A stretch of DNA of 48,688 nt from Gammaproteobacteria bacterium (GTDB lineage: Bacteria; Pseudomonadota; Gammaproteobacteria; SZUA-229), in the NCBI GenBank assembly GCA_041589615.1, contig JBFHVK010000001.1:1-48688 (forward strand). The letters are read 5' to 3'. Of the stretch, positions 14,859-24,016 are shown in pieces; the first letter of the stretch is position 1; each line of letters starts with the position of its first letter. The translations under genes were made by a program, and so were the position numbers. Below the pieces are notes generated by a model. It did not search any database. It was not told the origin of the DNA and saw only the letters and a program-made list of their open reading frames with translations.

Positions 14859-16600
14859 GCAGGAAAGTAGCAGAGTTATCCAAGGTACTTAATCGAGAGG
14901 ATGGTGCAGCTTGGATTTCAAACCTATGGGACACATACAATGACCAACGTAGGTCAAAGATTGGTGAATGGTTAGAGCTTAGAGATTACATCTTTGCCAC
15001 TGACACCTCGACAACAACTAACAGTAGCCTTCCTTGGAAGAACTCAACTACTATGCCAAAGCTATGCCAGATCAGGGATAACTTGCACTCTAACTACATC
15101 AGTGCTCTGTTTCCAAATGACAACTGGCTACGTTGGAATGGTTATAGCAAGAGTGACTCTACCAAGAAGAAAGCTAAAGCCATCCAAGAGTATATGGCCA
15201 ATAAGTGCCGAGAGACTCACTTCCGTACAGAGGTCTCTAAGCTCCTGTATGACTATGTAGATTATGGCAATGCCTTTGCCATGCCTTACTACGAAGAGTC
15301 CACCAAGGAGCTTGCAGACGGCTCTGTGGTGGCAGATTATATTGGCCCTAGGTTAAAGCGTGTAAGTCCTCTGGACATTGTGTTTAACCCTACAGCAGAT
15401 TCATTCCGTGAGAGCTTTAAGATCATCCGATCTTTGAAAACTGTAGGTGAGCTCAAGAGATTGTCACAGACAGAACCTGAGAGTGCCTTCTGGGCGCCCG
15501 CAGTGGCCCGTAGAGAAGAGTTAAAGCAAGTGCTAGGGGGTTACCGCAGGGAGGACTTTGACAAGGCTTCTGGGTACTCTGTAGACGGTTTTGGTAATTT
15601 ACAAGAATACTACGGCAGTGACTTTGTAGAAGTGTTAGAGTTCTTTGGTGATTACCATAACCCTGAGACTGGTGATATCCACACTAACCGAGTGATTACA
15701 GTAGTTGATAGGTCTATTGTGGTACGTGATGTTGAGATTCCATCTTGGTTTGGACATGCCCCCATCTACCACGTAGGTTGGAGGTTCCGTCCTGATAACC
15801 TGTGGGCAATGGGCCCATTGGATAACTTGGTTGGCATGCAATACCGTATCGACCACCTAGAGAACTTAAAGGCAGATGCCCTAGACTTAGTTGTGCATCC
15901 TCCGCTCAAGATCATTGGTGAGGTAGAGGAGTTTGTGTGGGGGCCGGGTGCAGAGATTCATATTGACGAGAATGGGGATGTTAGTGAGGTAGCTAAGAAC
16001 CTGCAAGGGCTGATAGCTGCTGAGAATAACATCGCTGCCTATGAGTCTCGTATGGAGCTTTACGCAGGTGCCCCAAGAGATGCTATGGGTATTCGTACCC
16101 CCGGTGAGAAGACTGCATTTGAGGTGCAGCAATTACAAACTGCTGCTGGTAGAATCTTCCAAGAGAAGATCACTAACTTTGAGATTGAACTGCTTGAGCC
16201 ATTGCTCAATGCTATGCTGGAAGTGGCTAGACGTAATATGAACCAAGCAGATGTTATCCGTGTGGTTGATGATGAGCTAGGTGTACGTGAGTTCCTGACA
16301 ATCACCAAGGAAGATATCACTGCTAATGGTGTATTACGTCCTGTTGGTGCGAGGCATTTTGCTAAGCAAGCACAAGACCTACAGAACTTGATTGGTGTGT
16401 TCAACTCTCCGATTAGCCAGTTCATTGCACCTCACACTAGCGGTAAGTCTCTCACCCAGTTTGTTAATGACATTACTGGTCTTGAGGGCTACAACATCTT
16501 CAAACCTAACGTAGCTGTGTTTGAGCAACAGGAGACTGCTGCAATTCAAAACCAAGCACAGGAAGACTTAGAGATGCAAGCGAGGGCGCCTAGCGAGTAA
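14855..16600 (+). CDS. Portal protein
   Basis: 581 aa, ATGA overlap with terL, in the T7-like order terminase-portal-scaffold-capsid. Confidence 0.85.
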   Translation: MSRKVAELSKVLNREDGAAWISNLWDTYNDQRRSKIGEWLELRDYIFATDTSTTTNSSLPWKNSTTMPKLCQIRDNLHSNYISALFPNDNWLRWNGYSKSDSTKKKAKAIQEYMANKCRETHFRTEVSKLLYDYVDYGNAFAMPYYEESTKELADGSVVADYIGPRLKRVSPLDIVFNPTADSFRESFKIIRSLKTVGELKRLSQTEPESAFWAPAVARREELKQVLGGYRREDFDKASGYSVDGFGNLQEYYGSDFVEVLEFFGDYHNPETGDIHTNRVITVVDRSIVVRDVEIPSWFGHAPIYHVGWRFRPDNLWAMGPLDNLVGMQYRIDHLENLKADALDLVVHPPLKIIGEVEEFVWGPGAEIHIDENGDVSEVAKNLQGLIAAENNIAAYESRMELYAGAPRDAMGIRTPGEKTAFEVQQLQTAAGRIFQEKITNFEIELLEPLLNAMLEVARRNMNQADVIRVVDDELGVREFLTITKEDITANGVLRPVGARHFAKQAQDLQNLIGVFNSPISQFIAPHTSGKSLTQFVNDITGLEGYNIFKPNVAVFEQQETAAIQNQAQEDLEMQARAPSE

Positions 16601-16601
16601 T

Positions 16602-16844
16602 ATGAAAACGTCTTGGACACAAGGCTTAGATGCCGATCAAAAGAAGGACGTTGTGGCAGATTTCAAGGGGTCTCTTGTAACACGCAAGAGACTCTCTGAC
16701 ATGCTACAAGCAAAGTTAGCTAACTCTGTTAAAGGCTCACACAGCAAGGATGGTTATGATAACCCTAATTGGGCATACCTCCAAGCTGATGCTAGAGGCT
16801 ATGAGAGAGCACTTTCTGAAGTTATTTCACTTATTTCTGAGTAG
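16602..16844 (+). CDS. Hypothetical protein (80 aa)
   Basis: ORF starting 2 nt after the portal stop. Confidence 0.55.
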   Translation: MKTSWTQGLDADQKKDVVADFKGSLVTRKRLSDMLQAKLANSVKGSHSKDGYDNPNWAYLQADARGYERALSEVISLISE

Positions 16845-16867
16845 GTTTCTCAAAAACCTCTAGAAAA

Positions 16868-16890
16868 GGGGTCTATATAAGTATATTTAG
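16868..16890 (+). promoter_or_regulatory. GGGGTCTATATAAGTATATTTAG: candidate late promoter ahead of the scaffold/capsid genes
   Basis: It lies in the 119-nt gap before the scaffold ATG (16964) and shares GGGKC(T)ATATAAGTATAT with 7339..7366. Confidence 0.5.
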
Positions 16891-16963
16891 AAATTATATA
16901 GGAATTGATTGTTTATTGATTATCTTCTTATATAATCCTAATCAAATCTAAAAGGATAGATAA

Positions 16964-17743
16964 ATGGCAGACCAGCCTAATGATATTTTTTCAAATGCAC
17001 CTGAAGTTAAACCAACTACCCAAGAGGTTAACCAGGGGCAGGAAGTAGCACAACCTAGCAACCAGCTAGCAGAGATGCTCAAATCAATTAAGAATGAGCA
17101 AGGTGCTCAGAAGTACGACAGTGTTGAAAAAGCCCTTGAGGGTCTATTGCACGCCCAGAACTATATTCCTCAATTAAAATCTGAGCTAGAGAAAGAGCGG
17201 GAGGAATTGAACAGGTTGAAGGTTGAGCTAGATCAACGAGGCAGTATTGAAGAAGTCGTCGAAAGATTGACTGCTAAGCAGAAAGAGGCACAAGGCAAGG
17301 AACAACCGACCGGGCCAAGTGGTCTTGATGAACAAGCAGTATTGCAACTCGTGCAGAAGAGTTTGTCCCAAGCTAAAGAGCAGGAATCGGCAGTAGCCAA
17401 TCAAGCACGAGTACAACAAGCTTTGCAATCTAAGTTTGGTGAGAAGACACGTGAGGAAGTAGAACGACGAGCTAAAGAGCTTGGCACAACTCCTCAAGAA
17501 CTTGGAGCATTAGCTAGCAAGAATCCTAGTATGGTTCTTGCATTGTTCAACGCAGCCTCACAGGCTGGCGTAAAACCAACCACTGGCAGTGTACACATTG
17601 CGGACACTTACCGTAAGCAAACTAAGGTTGAACTTGAGCGTCCCACTAAATCTATGTTAGCTGGTGCCTCAGGAAAAGACCAAGCAGAGTATATGCGTAA
17701 GGTTAAGGAAGCCGTGTACGCTCGGCATAATATTGAATCATAA
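16964..17743 (+). CDS. Scaffolding protein
   Basis: 259 aa with Gln/Glu/Lys-rich coiled-coil composition, directly upstream of the major capsid gene. Confidence 0.75.
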   Translation: MADQPNDIFSNAPEVKPTTQEVNQGQEVAQPSNQLAEMLKSIKNEQGAQKYDSVEKALEGLLHAQNYIPQLKSELEKEREELNRLKVELDQRGSIEEVVERLTAKQKEAQGKEQPTGPSGLDEQAVLQLVQKSLSQAKEQESAVANQARVQQALQSKFGEKTREEVERRAKELGTTPQELGALASKNPSMVLALFNAASQAGVKPTTGSVHIADTYRKQTKVELERPTKSMLAGASGKDQAEYMRKVKEAVYARHNIES

Positions 17744-17753
17744 GGAAAAGTAA

Positions 17754-18701
17754 ATGCAAGTAACTTCTAATACTCGTGCATTCATCGAAGCGGAACAGTA
17801 TTCCGATTTCATTCTGATGAACCTGCATGACGGCCTGCTTGGCGAGTCTTTCTACCGTAACGTATCTGACTTCGGCAAGGGCGAAACCCTCCACATTAAA
17901 ACCGTTGGCTCTGTAACCATCCAAGAAGCTGAGGAAGACACCCCGCTGGTGTACAGCCCGATTGAGACTGGTGAGGTAACTTTCCAGATCACCGAATACA
18001 AAGGTGATGCTTGGTACGTGACCGATGACCTGCGTGAAGATGGTTCTGACATTGAGATGTTGATGGCAGCTCGTGCTGCTGAGTCCACTCGTGCAATTCA
18101 AGAGACCTTCGAGTCTAACTTCCTGCGTACTGCTGGTAAGTATTACGAAGATAACCCTGGCCCGCATTTGATTAACGGCTTTGCCCACGCAATCGTCTCC
18201 AGTGGTACTAACAAAGCATTCCAACTGGATGGCCTGATTAAAGGTCGTCTGGCTTTTGACAAAGCCAACGTCCCGGCTGAAGGTCGTGTGTTCATCTGTG
18301 ACCCGGTTGTAGAAGCAACCCTGAATGGTCTTGTAACCATCACCCACGACGTAACCCCCTTCGGTGAGGAAATCCTGAAAGGTGGTATGGCTCGTGGCCA
18401 ACGCTTCATTATGAACCTGTACGGCTGGAACATCATCACCTCTAACCGTCTGTATGTTGGTGACTTCAACGACGGTACTACTTCCATCACTGGTGGTGTA
18501 GCTAACCTGATGATGTGTGTTCTGGATGACCAATGCAAGCCGATTATGGGTGCATGGCGTCGTCTGCCGAAGGTAGAAGGTGAGCGTAATAAAGATCGTG
18601 CTCGTGATGAGTTCGTATCTCGCTGCCGCTACGGCTTTGGTATCCAACGTGTGGACACTCTGGGTGTTTACGTTACCAGCGCAACCGCTATCTCTAACTA
18701 A
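17754..18701 (+). CDS. Major capsid protein
   Basis: 315 aa at the expected position, with strong highly-expressed codon bias (CTG, CGT, GGT, ACC, AAC, GAA) unlike its neighbours. Confidence 0.85.
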   Translation: MQVTSNTRAFIEAEQYSDFILMNLHDGLLGESFYRNVSDFGKGETLHIKTVGSVTIQEAEEDTPLVYSPIETGEVTFQITEYKGDAWYVTDDLREDGSDIEMLMAARAAESTRAIQETFESNFLRTAGKYYEDNPGPHLINGFAHAIVSSGTNKAFQLDGLIKGRLAFDKANVPAEGRVFICDPVVEATLNGLVTITHDVTPFGEEILKGGMARGQRFIMNLYGWNIITSNRLYVGDFNDGTTSITGGVANLMMCVLDDQCKPIMGAWRRLPKVEGERNKDRARDEFVSRCRYGFGIQRVDTLGVYVTSATAISN

Positions 18702-18712
18702 GGAGAATAAGA

Positions 18713-19075
18713 ATGGCTTTTGAAAATAGTGCTGGCCTTGGTGTAAACAACCATTATGGCCCGCGTGACACTGGTGGCACTCAAGGTGTGTATAAGACCG
18801 AGGGCTACTACAATGAATTTATTTACAACATTGATGGCCAGAACCTGCCTGTCAAGTTTCCGCGCAATGTGGAAGTAATCGGTGTAGACGAGACCTTTGT
18901 AACAGGCAACGTCACCGCACTGACCGTAGGTGGTGTTGATGTAATTGCAGCCACTGAGGCGGCTCCAGTAGCAGTAGTAGCTGCTAACACTGGTGTACTG
19001 GCTCAAACTGGTGGCACTGCTGGTTACATTGTTGTACGTTATAAGACTGCCCCCGCTGGCGTCACTGTAGCGTAA
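18713..19075 (+). CDS. Hypothetical virion protein (120 aa), possible capsid decoration
   Basis: SD AAGGAGAA; co-transcribed with the capsid gene and followed by a terminator. Confidence 0.55.
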   Translation: MAFENSAGLGVNNHYGPRDTGGTQGVYKTEGYYNEFIYNIDGQNLPVKFPRNVEVIGVDETFVTGNVTALTVGGVDVIAATEAAPVAVVAANTGVLAQTGGTAGYIVVRYKTAPAGVTVA

Positions 19076-19081
19076 TTCGAG

Positions 19082-19116
19082 GGCTGGTCAGGTAACACTG
19101 GCCAGCCTTTTTCTTT
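19082..19116 (+). terminator. Intrinsic terminator after the capsid block
   Basis: Stem GGCTGGTCAG / CTGGCCAGCC (one mismatch), loop GTAACA, then TTTTTCTTT. Confidence 0.8.
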
Positions 19117-19127
19117 ATGGAGGTTTT

Positions 19128-19766
19128 ATGCCAGAACATGTAAACATTTTAGATTCACAACGACACGAAGCTAAGCATGCCTCTACAGCTACAGCTAACA
19201 CAGTATTGCATGCTAAAGGGGATGGCACCACAGAGTTTAAGTTTCTTAACTACGCAAACCTAGCAAACATTCCAACACCGAAAGGTTACGTCTCTGTATT
19301 GACAAGTGCCTCTACAGTAACTTCTCAACAACCAACAGCAGTAAATACTCCCTTGCAAGTAGAGTTTGGTGCTGGTGTAACTACAGCAGATGCCACTCTT
19401 GATAACACTGGTGTCCTTACTTTTAACCAAGCAGGTGATTATTTCATCACTGTGTTCTTGCGTTATGGCAGGACTACTTCAGCAGGACAAGCAATCCTGT
19501 TTAACAGATTCTTGGTTAACGGGGCACAAATCCTTAACTCTAATGTGGTTAAGCTGCCAGATCAAGATATCGTAGTTCCATTCTCAGCCACCCTTGCTTA
19601 CACAGCAACCGCTGGCGATACTGTTAAGATGGAGATTATGCGAGACTCTGCTGGTGTTAATAATGGTGGTCTGTTCCGCATTGTGCCCACAGCAGCAGGT
19701 TGGAATCCAGCCCCTTCTGCAACTCTTGTTTTGAGTAAGTTCATTGGTGGGGTAGTAGGCGCATGA
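19128..19766 (+). CDS. Virion protein (212 aa) with a possible C1q/TNF-like jelly-roll C-terminus
   Basis: The segment GDYFITVFLRYG...FLVNGAQI...ATAGDTVKMEIMRD...GGLF resembles the C1q-domain pattern. This is a weak, memory-based call. Confidence 0.45.
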   Translation: MPEHVNILDSQRHEAKHASTATANTVLHAKGDGTTEFKFLNYANLANIPTPKGYVSVLTSASTVTSQQPTAVNTPLQVEFGAGVTTADATLDNTGVLTFNQAGDYFITVFLRYGRTTSAGQAILFNRFLVNGAQILNSNVVKLPDQDIVVPFSATLAYTATAGDTVKMEIMRDSAGVNNGGLFRIVPTAAGWNPAPSATLVLSKFIGGVVGA

Positions 19767-20548
19767 AGCTAACACTGTTAGAGATTGTACAAGACATTCT
19801 CAATGACCTAGATTCAGATGAAGTCAACAGTATTGATGATACCGTTGAAGCACAACAGATAGCACAGATTGTAAAATCTACATACTTTGCCTTGCTCTCT
19901 AACAGGAATTGGCCACACCTAAAGAAAGGCATTAAGCTAGAAGCTTATGCTGACCTTACTAAGCCAACTCACATGAAGTTAGCTGACAATGTTAAAGAGC
20001 TGAGTTTTGTTAATTACGACAAGCGTAAGCTTAACGAAACTAGGAAAAGGTATGAGCAGATTAAGTGGATGGAACCAGATGACTTCCTAGCTTATACCAA
20101 CAAAAGGAATAGTGACGAACCAACTGTAAAGGTAGTGGTTGACTTCTCTGGTATTGATTTGCTTATTCGGAATGACCAACAGCCAACCTATTACACATCT
20201 TTTGATGACAGTAATATGGTGTTTGATTCTTATGATGCTCAAGTGGATGATACACTTGTGGCTGCTAAGTTTCAGGCACAGGGTTATGTAATCCCAACTT
20301 GGTCTCCAACCGATGACTTTATCCCTGACTTACCTGATGAGGCATTCACTTTGCTTCTGGAAGAGTCTAAGAGCAGGGCGTCATTCAAGCTTAAGCAAGT
20401 GCAAGATGTTAAAGCTGAGCAAGAGGCTGGTAGGCAGAATCGCTGGCTAAGCCGTAAAGCTTGGCGTGTAAATGGAGATCAACAATACCCTGATTATGGT
20501 AGGTTGTCTAGGAAAGGTAAACGAGATTCAACTTTTAGGAGTAGGTAA
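19763..20548 (+). CDS. Head-to-tail adaptor / tail tubular protein A-like (T7 gp11 position)
   Basis: 261 aa beginning MKLTLLEIVQDILNDLDSDEVNSIDDT, typical of podovirus adaptor proteins. Called by synteny. Confidence 0.65.
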   Translation: MKLTLLEIVQDILNDLDSDEVNSIDDTVEAQQIAQIVKSTYFALLSNRNWPHLKKGIKLEAYADLTKPTHMKLADNVKELSFVNYDKRKLNETRKRYEQIKWMEPDDFLAYTNKRNSDEPTVKVVVDFSGIDLLIRNDQQPTYYTSFDDSNMVFDSYDAQVDDTLVAAKFQAQGYVIPTWSPTDDFIPDLPDEAFTLLLEESKSRASFKLKQVQDVKAEQEAGRQNRWLSRKAWRVNGDQQYPDYGRLSRKGKRDSTFRSR

Positions 20549-20754
20549 TGCAGGAAGAGTATAACGGTTATTTGATTGTAGGTGATGGCACTTACGGGAT
20601 GAAAGAGATTAAACCTATAGGTAAGGGCTCTGTACACCTCCAATTAAGAGGGAAATATACTACCTCTGCCTTAGCTAAAGTTGCTATTGATCTACATTCT
20701 AAGAGCACTAAGGGGGTTAAAGGTGGCAAGGCAGACGAGTCTAGTAGAGATTAA
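20548..20754 (+). CDS. Hypothetical protein (68 aa)
   Basis: TAATG junction with the upstream gene. Confidence 0.5.
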   Translation: MQEEYNGYLIVGDGTYGMKEIKPIGKGSVHLQLRGKYTTSALAKVAIDLHSKSTKGVKGGKADESSRD

Positions 20755-23017
20755 CAACTTTGTGGCTGGCCTTATCACTGAGGCTAGCCCATTAAACTTT
20801 CCACCTAATGCCTCTCTAGATGAGGTTAACTTTGTATTGCGCCGTGATGGTAGCAGGAAGCGAAGATTAGGAATGGATTATGAGGGTGGGTATTCAATTA
20901 TCAACACCCCTTATTCTGTTATGGATGGTGGTGTTGTACAAGCGTTTAGATGGGACAATGCCGGTGGTGATGAAAGACGTACATTCATTGCAGTACAGGT
21001 TGCCAATGCCCTTTATGTGTTTGATGGGGGGCAGCCTGTAATCAGTGGTAGTCAATTATACAACACAGCATTCTCCACAGTAGGGACTAAGAAGTTTTCA
21101 TTTGCTGTAGTAGACGGCATCTTAGTTATTGCAAACGGCTCTCCTTCTATCACCCTACTTAAGTATGATGACGGAGAGTTCATTGAAGAGTCTGTGTCAC
21201 TTAAGATCAGGGACTTGTTTGGTGTAGAAGATATCTATGGTGGTGTTAACCTACGTGAAGGCTCTAACATCTCCAAAAGGATTAGTGGTCAATCACATAA
21301 CCATGTTTACAACCTCCGTAACCAGACTTGGGCACTACGTCCTAAGGTAGTTGATGTTGAAAACACACAAGACGCCATTACTGAATTTATTAGTAAGGCT
21401 GGTGCTTGGCCATCTAACGCTGACGTAGTAACCTTCTCACTATACCCAGATGCTAACGATGAAGATGACCGACTGACGGACAGGTTTAATGCCAAGGATG
21501 TTGCCTTCAACATCATCGGTACATCGCCTGCCCCTAAAGGTTATTTCATCATTGATGCTTTGTCTAGGGGCAATAGTCGGTTAACTGAGATTGCTAACCT
21601 GCACGGCAGGGTAGGCCTTAACTATTATGTGTCAACATTACCAGAGGATAGAACCCCAGGTGGTGCTACAGTAGTTGCTGAGTACGCTGGTAGAGCATTC
21701 TATGCTGGCTTTAGTGGAGAGGTTATAGGTGGGGACTCTATCTCCCCTCGTATGTCTTCTTATGTACTGTTCAGTCGTTTGGTAGACAGCAGTGCTGACC
21801 TAGGTACTTGCTACCAAGCAGGAGACCCCACCTCTAAGGAAGAGCCTGACCTACTAGACACTGATGGTGGCTTCATCAGGATTGATGGTGCTTACGGCAT
21901 CACAGCCCTTGTTAATGTAGGTTCAGCCCTGTTGGTAATTGCTGCTAATGGGGTATGGAAGATTCAAGGTGGTAGTGAGTTTGGCTTTAAGGCCACTAAC
22001 TACATGGTAGAGAAAGTAACACCTTATGGTTGTACCTCTCCCGGTTCAATTGTTCAAGTTGACAGTGGCGTGATCTACTGGTCTCAAGATGGTATTTATA
22101 ACGTAGCTAAGAACCAGTTCGGTGACTATGTTGCAGACAACTTGACACAGAAGACTATCCAAACATTATATGACTCACTGGACAACACAGACAAAGTTAA
22201 TTGCTCTGCTGTCTATGACTCTTACGAAAGGAAAGTTACTTGGACTTACAACAACACCACGCTTAAGAGTGGCAATGTCAAGCAGCTTGTTTTGGATATC
22301 ACCCTTGGTGCATTCTACAAGGTAGAGTTGTATGGAGGTGGTACGCCTAAAGTAGTTGGTGGTGTATTAGTCCCTCCTTATAAGCTTGAGCTAGGGTTTG
22401 ATGATGTAGAGGTTGGTGGCGAGGATGTTACTGTCCTTGGTGAGAAGGTAACTATCTCATTCGCTATTGAGACCCCCTCACTAACAGAGGTTGCATACTT
22501 GACTATCACCAGTGCTACAGAGGCAGGCACTTCATTCACCTTCTCCAAATACTCTGACGCTAACTTCAGAGATTGGGCTAGTTACAACGGCCAAGGGTTT
22601 GATGCTAATGCATACTTATTGGCAGGTTGGCTGTCTGGTGGGGATAACCAGAGACAGAAAGCAGTACCTTGGCTCACTACATACTTCCACAGAACAGAGG
22701 ATGGATTCAATGTGGATGAGTTTGATGACTTTGTGCCAAGGAATGAGTCAAGTTGTAAGGTGAGCAGCCAATGGAACTGGACTAATAGTGCTGCTGCTGG
22801 TAAGTGGGGAAAGCCATTCCAAGCTTACAGGCACAAGAGGCATTTCATCCCAGTTAATGAGAATGGTGATTTTGACAATGGTGAATTGCTTGTTGTCACT
22901 AAGAATAAACTTAGGGGCAGTGGTAAGGCAGTGTCAATACTGTTTGAAACTGAGCCGGACAAGGATTGCCATTTGGTGGGGTGGTCGATGATTGTAGGGG
23001 CTAATTCTTATGTATAA
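20681..23017 (+). CDS. Tail tubular protein B / nozzle-like (T7 gp12 position)
   Basis: 778-aa ORF with size and order as for T7 gp12. A GTG at 20723 preceded by AAGGGGG is an alternative, perhaps better, start. Confidence 0.7.
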   Translation: MLLIYILRALRGLKVARQTSLVEINNFVAGLITEASPLNFPPNASLDEVNFVLRRDGSRKRRLGMDYEGGYSIINTPYSVMDGGVVQAFRWDNAGGDERRTFIAVQVANALYVFDGGQPVISGSQLYNTAFSTVGTKKFSFAVVDGILVIANGSPSITLLKYDDGEFIEESVSLKIRDLFGVEDIYGGVNLREGSNISKRISGQSHNHVYNLRNQTWALRPKVVDVENTQDAITEFISKAGAWPSNADVVTFSLYPDANDEDDRLTDRFNAKDVAFNIIGTSPAPKGYFIIDALSRGNSRLTEIANLHGRVGLNYYVSTLPEDRTPGGATVVAEYAGRAFYAGFSGEVIGGDSISPRMSSYVLFSRLVDSSADLGTCYQAGDPTSKEEPDLLDTDGGFIRIDGAYGITALVNVGSALLVIAANGVWKIQGGSEFGFKATNYMVEKVTPYGCTSPGSIVQVDSGVIYWSQDGIYNVAKNQFGDYVADNLTQKTIQTLYDSLDNTDKVNCSAVYDSYERKVTWTYNNTTLKSGNVKQLVLDITLGAFYKVELYGGGTPKVVGGVLVPPYKLELGFDDVEVGGEDVTVLGEKVTISFAIETPSLTEVAYLTITSATEAGTSFTFSKYSDANFRDWASYNGQGFDANAYLLAGWLSGGDNQRQKAVPWLTTYFHRTEDGFNVDEFDDFVPRNESSCKVSSQWNWTNSAAAGKWGKPFQAYRHKRHFIPVNENGDFDNGELLVVTKNKLRGSGKAVSILFETEPDKDCHLVGWSMIVGANSYV

Positions 23018-23456
23018 GATTCAAGAGGAAGACAACTTAGAAGCTTTCAAGGAATGTCTTGAACTAGGCCGTTTGCATTATGCTGAGGTAGAAGTCAAGA
23101 ACGATAGAATCCCATACAACTATAACTTTGAGACGATCAAAGCCTTGCAGTCACTTGGCCTACTTACTGTAGTAACCGCCAGAGGGGAGGACAACTCCCT
23201 TCTCGGTTACGTTGCATTCTTCACTGGGGAGGATTTCCAAACATCAGTGGTGTGTGCAAGGGAGCTTGGCATGTTTGTCAAGAAGGAGTACAGAGGCACG
23301 TCACTGTTCTACAGGATGTTTAAGATGGCTGAAAATTGTCTAAAAGAGAAAGGCGTAAAGGCCATCTACATCATGTTCAAGAAAGGGCATGACGCTGGGT
23401 TTGCTGGTCGTCTTGGTTATGAACTAACAGAAACCGTATATCAAAAGGTGGTATAA
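23010..23456 (+). CDS. GNAT-family N-acetyltransferase embedded in the virion module
   Basis: 148 aa. The segment VKKEYRGTSLFYRMFKMAENCLKEKGVKAIYI fits GNAT motif A. The start overlaps the nozzle gene by 8 nt. Confidence 0.65.
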   Translation: MYKIQEEDNLEAFKECLELGRLHYAEVEVKNDRIPYNYNFETIKALQSLGLLTVVTARGEDNSLLGYVAFFTGEDFQTSVVCARELGMFVKKEYRGTSLFYRMFKMAENCLKEKGVKAIYIMFKKGHDAGFAGRLGYELTETVYQKVV

Positions 23457-24008
23457 ATGGCAGCAGTATCTACGATTGTAGCTGTTGCGGCTGTTGCTGT
23501 TGCTGGTGTATCTGCTTATGAGCAGAAGCAACAAGCTAAGAAAGCCGCTAAGAAAGAAAAAGAAGCACGTGCTGTAGCTAGTGCTGAGCAAGCAGCTCAA
23601 CAGACAGCACAGACACGAGCACAATTAAGGGAAGAGAGAATCCGAAGGGCACAAATCCTACAGCAATCACAGAACACTGGTGTTGGGGGTAGCTCAGGAG
23701 CTAGTGGCTCTACTGGAGCATTGGCAACCACTGTTGGTAGTAATATTGCAGCAGCCTCTAGACAAGCTAACTCAGCGAATGCTATTAGTGGGTTGCAACA
23801 ACAAGCTGCTGATGCTAGGACTAAAGGAGCTGAGATTGCAGCTACAGGTCAGTTAGCATCTAGCTTACTGTCTGCCGGTGGCAGTATCTTTGGGGCTACA
23901 GCAAGTACAACCCCTCCGCAACCTACACAATCTGGCACACCACAGACAGGTGCATTCTCTCCGGCTACACAGCCGAACCCGTATGATTTGAATAACATCT
24001 TCCGCTAA
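23457..24008 (+). CDS. Internal virion / ejection protein (T7 gp14-like position)
   Basis: 183 aa with N-terminal TM helix AAVSTIVAVAAVAVAGVSAY followed by Ala/Gln-rich low complexity. Confidence 0.6.
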   Translation: MAAVSTIVAVAAVAVAGVSAYEQKQQAKKAAKKEKEARAVASAEQAAQQTAQTRAQLREERIRRAQILQQSQNTGVGGSSGASGSTGALATTVGSNIAAASRQANSANAISGLQQQAADARTKGAEIAATGQLASSLLSAGGSIFGATASTTPPQPTQSGTPQTGAFSPATQPNPYDLNNIFR

Positions 24009-24016
24009 GAGGTAAT

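Noticed and set aside
17703-18647. 314-aa ORF on the minus strand
   Set aside because: It lies entirely antisense to the major capsid gene. Its open frame is a by-product of the strong third-position bias of that gene. It has no SD and no recognisable motifs.
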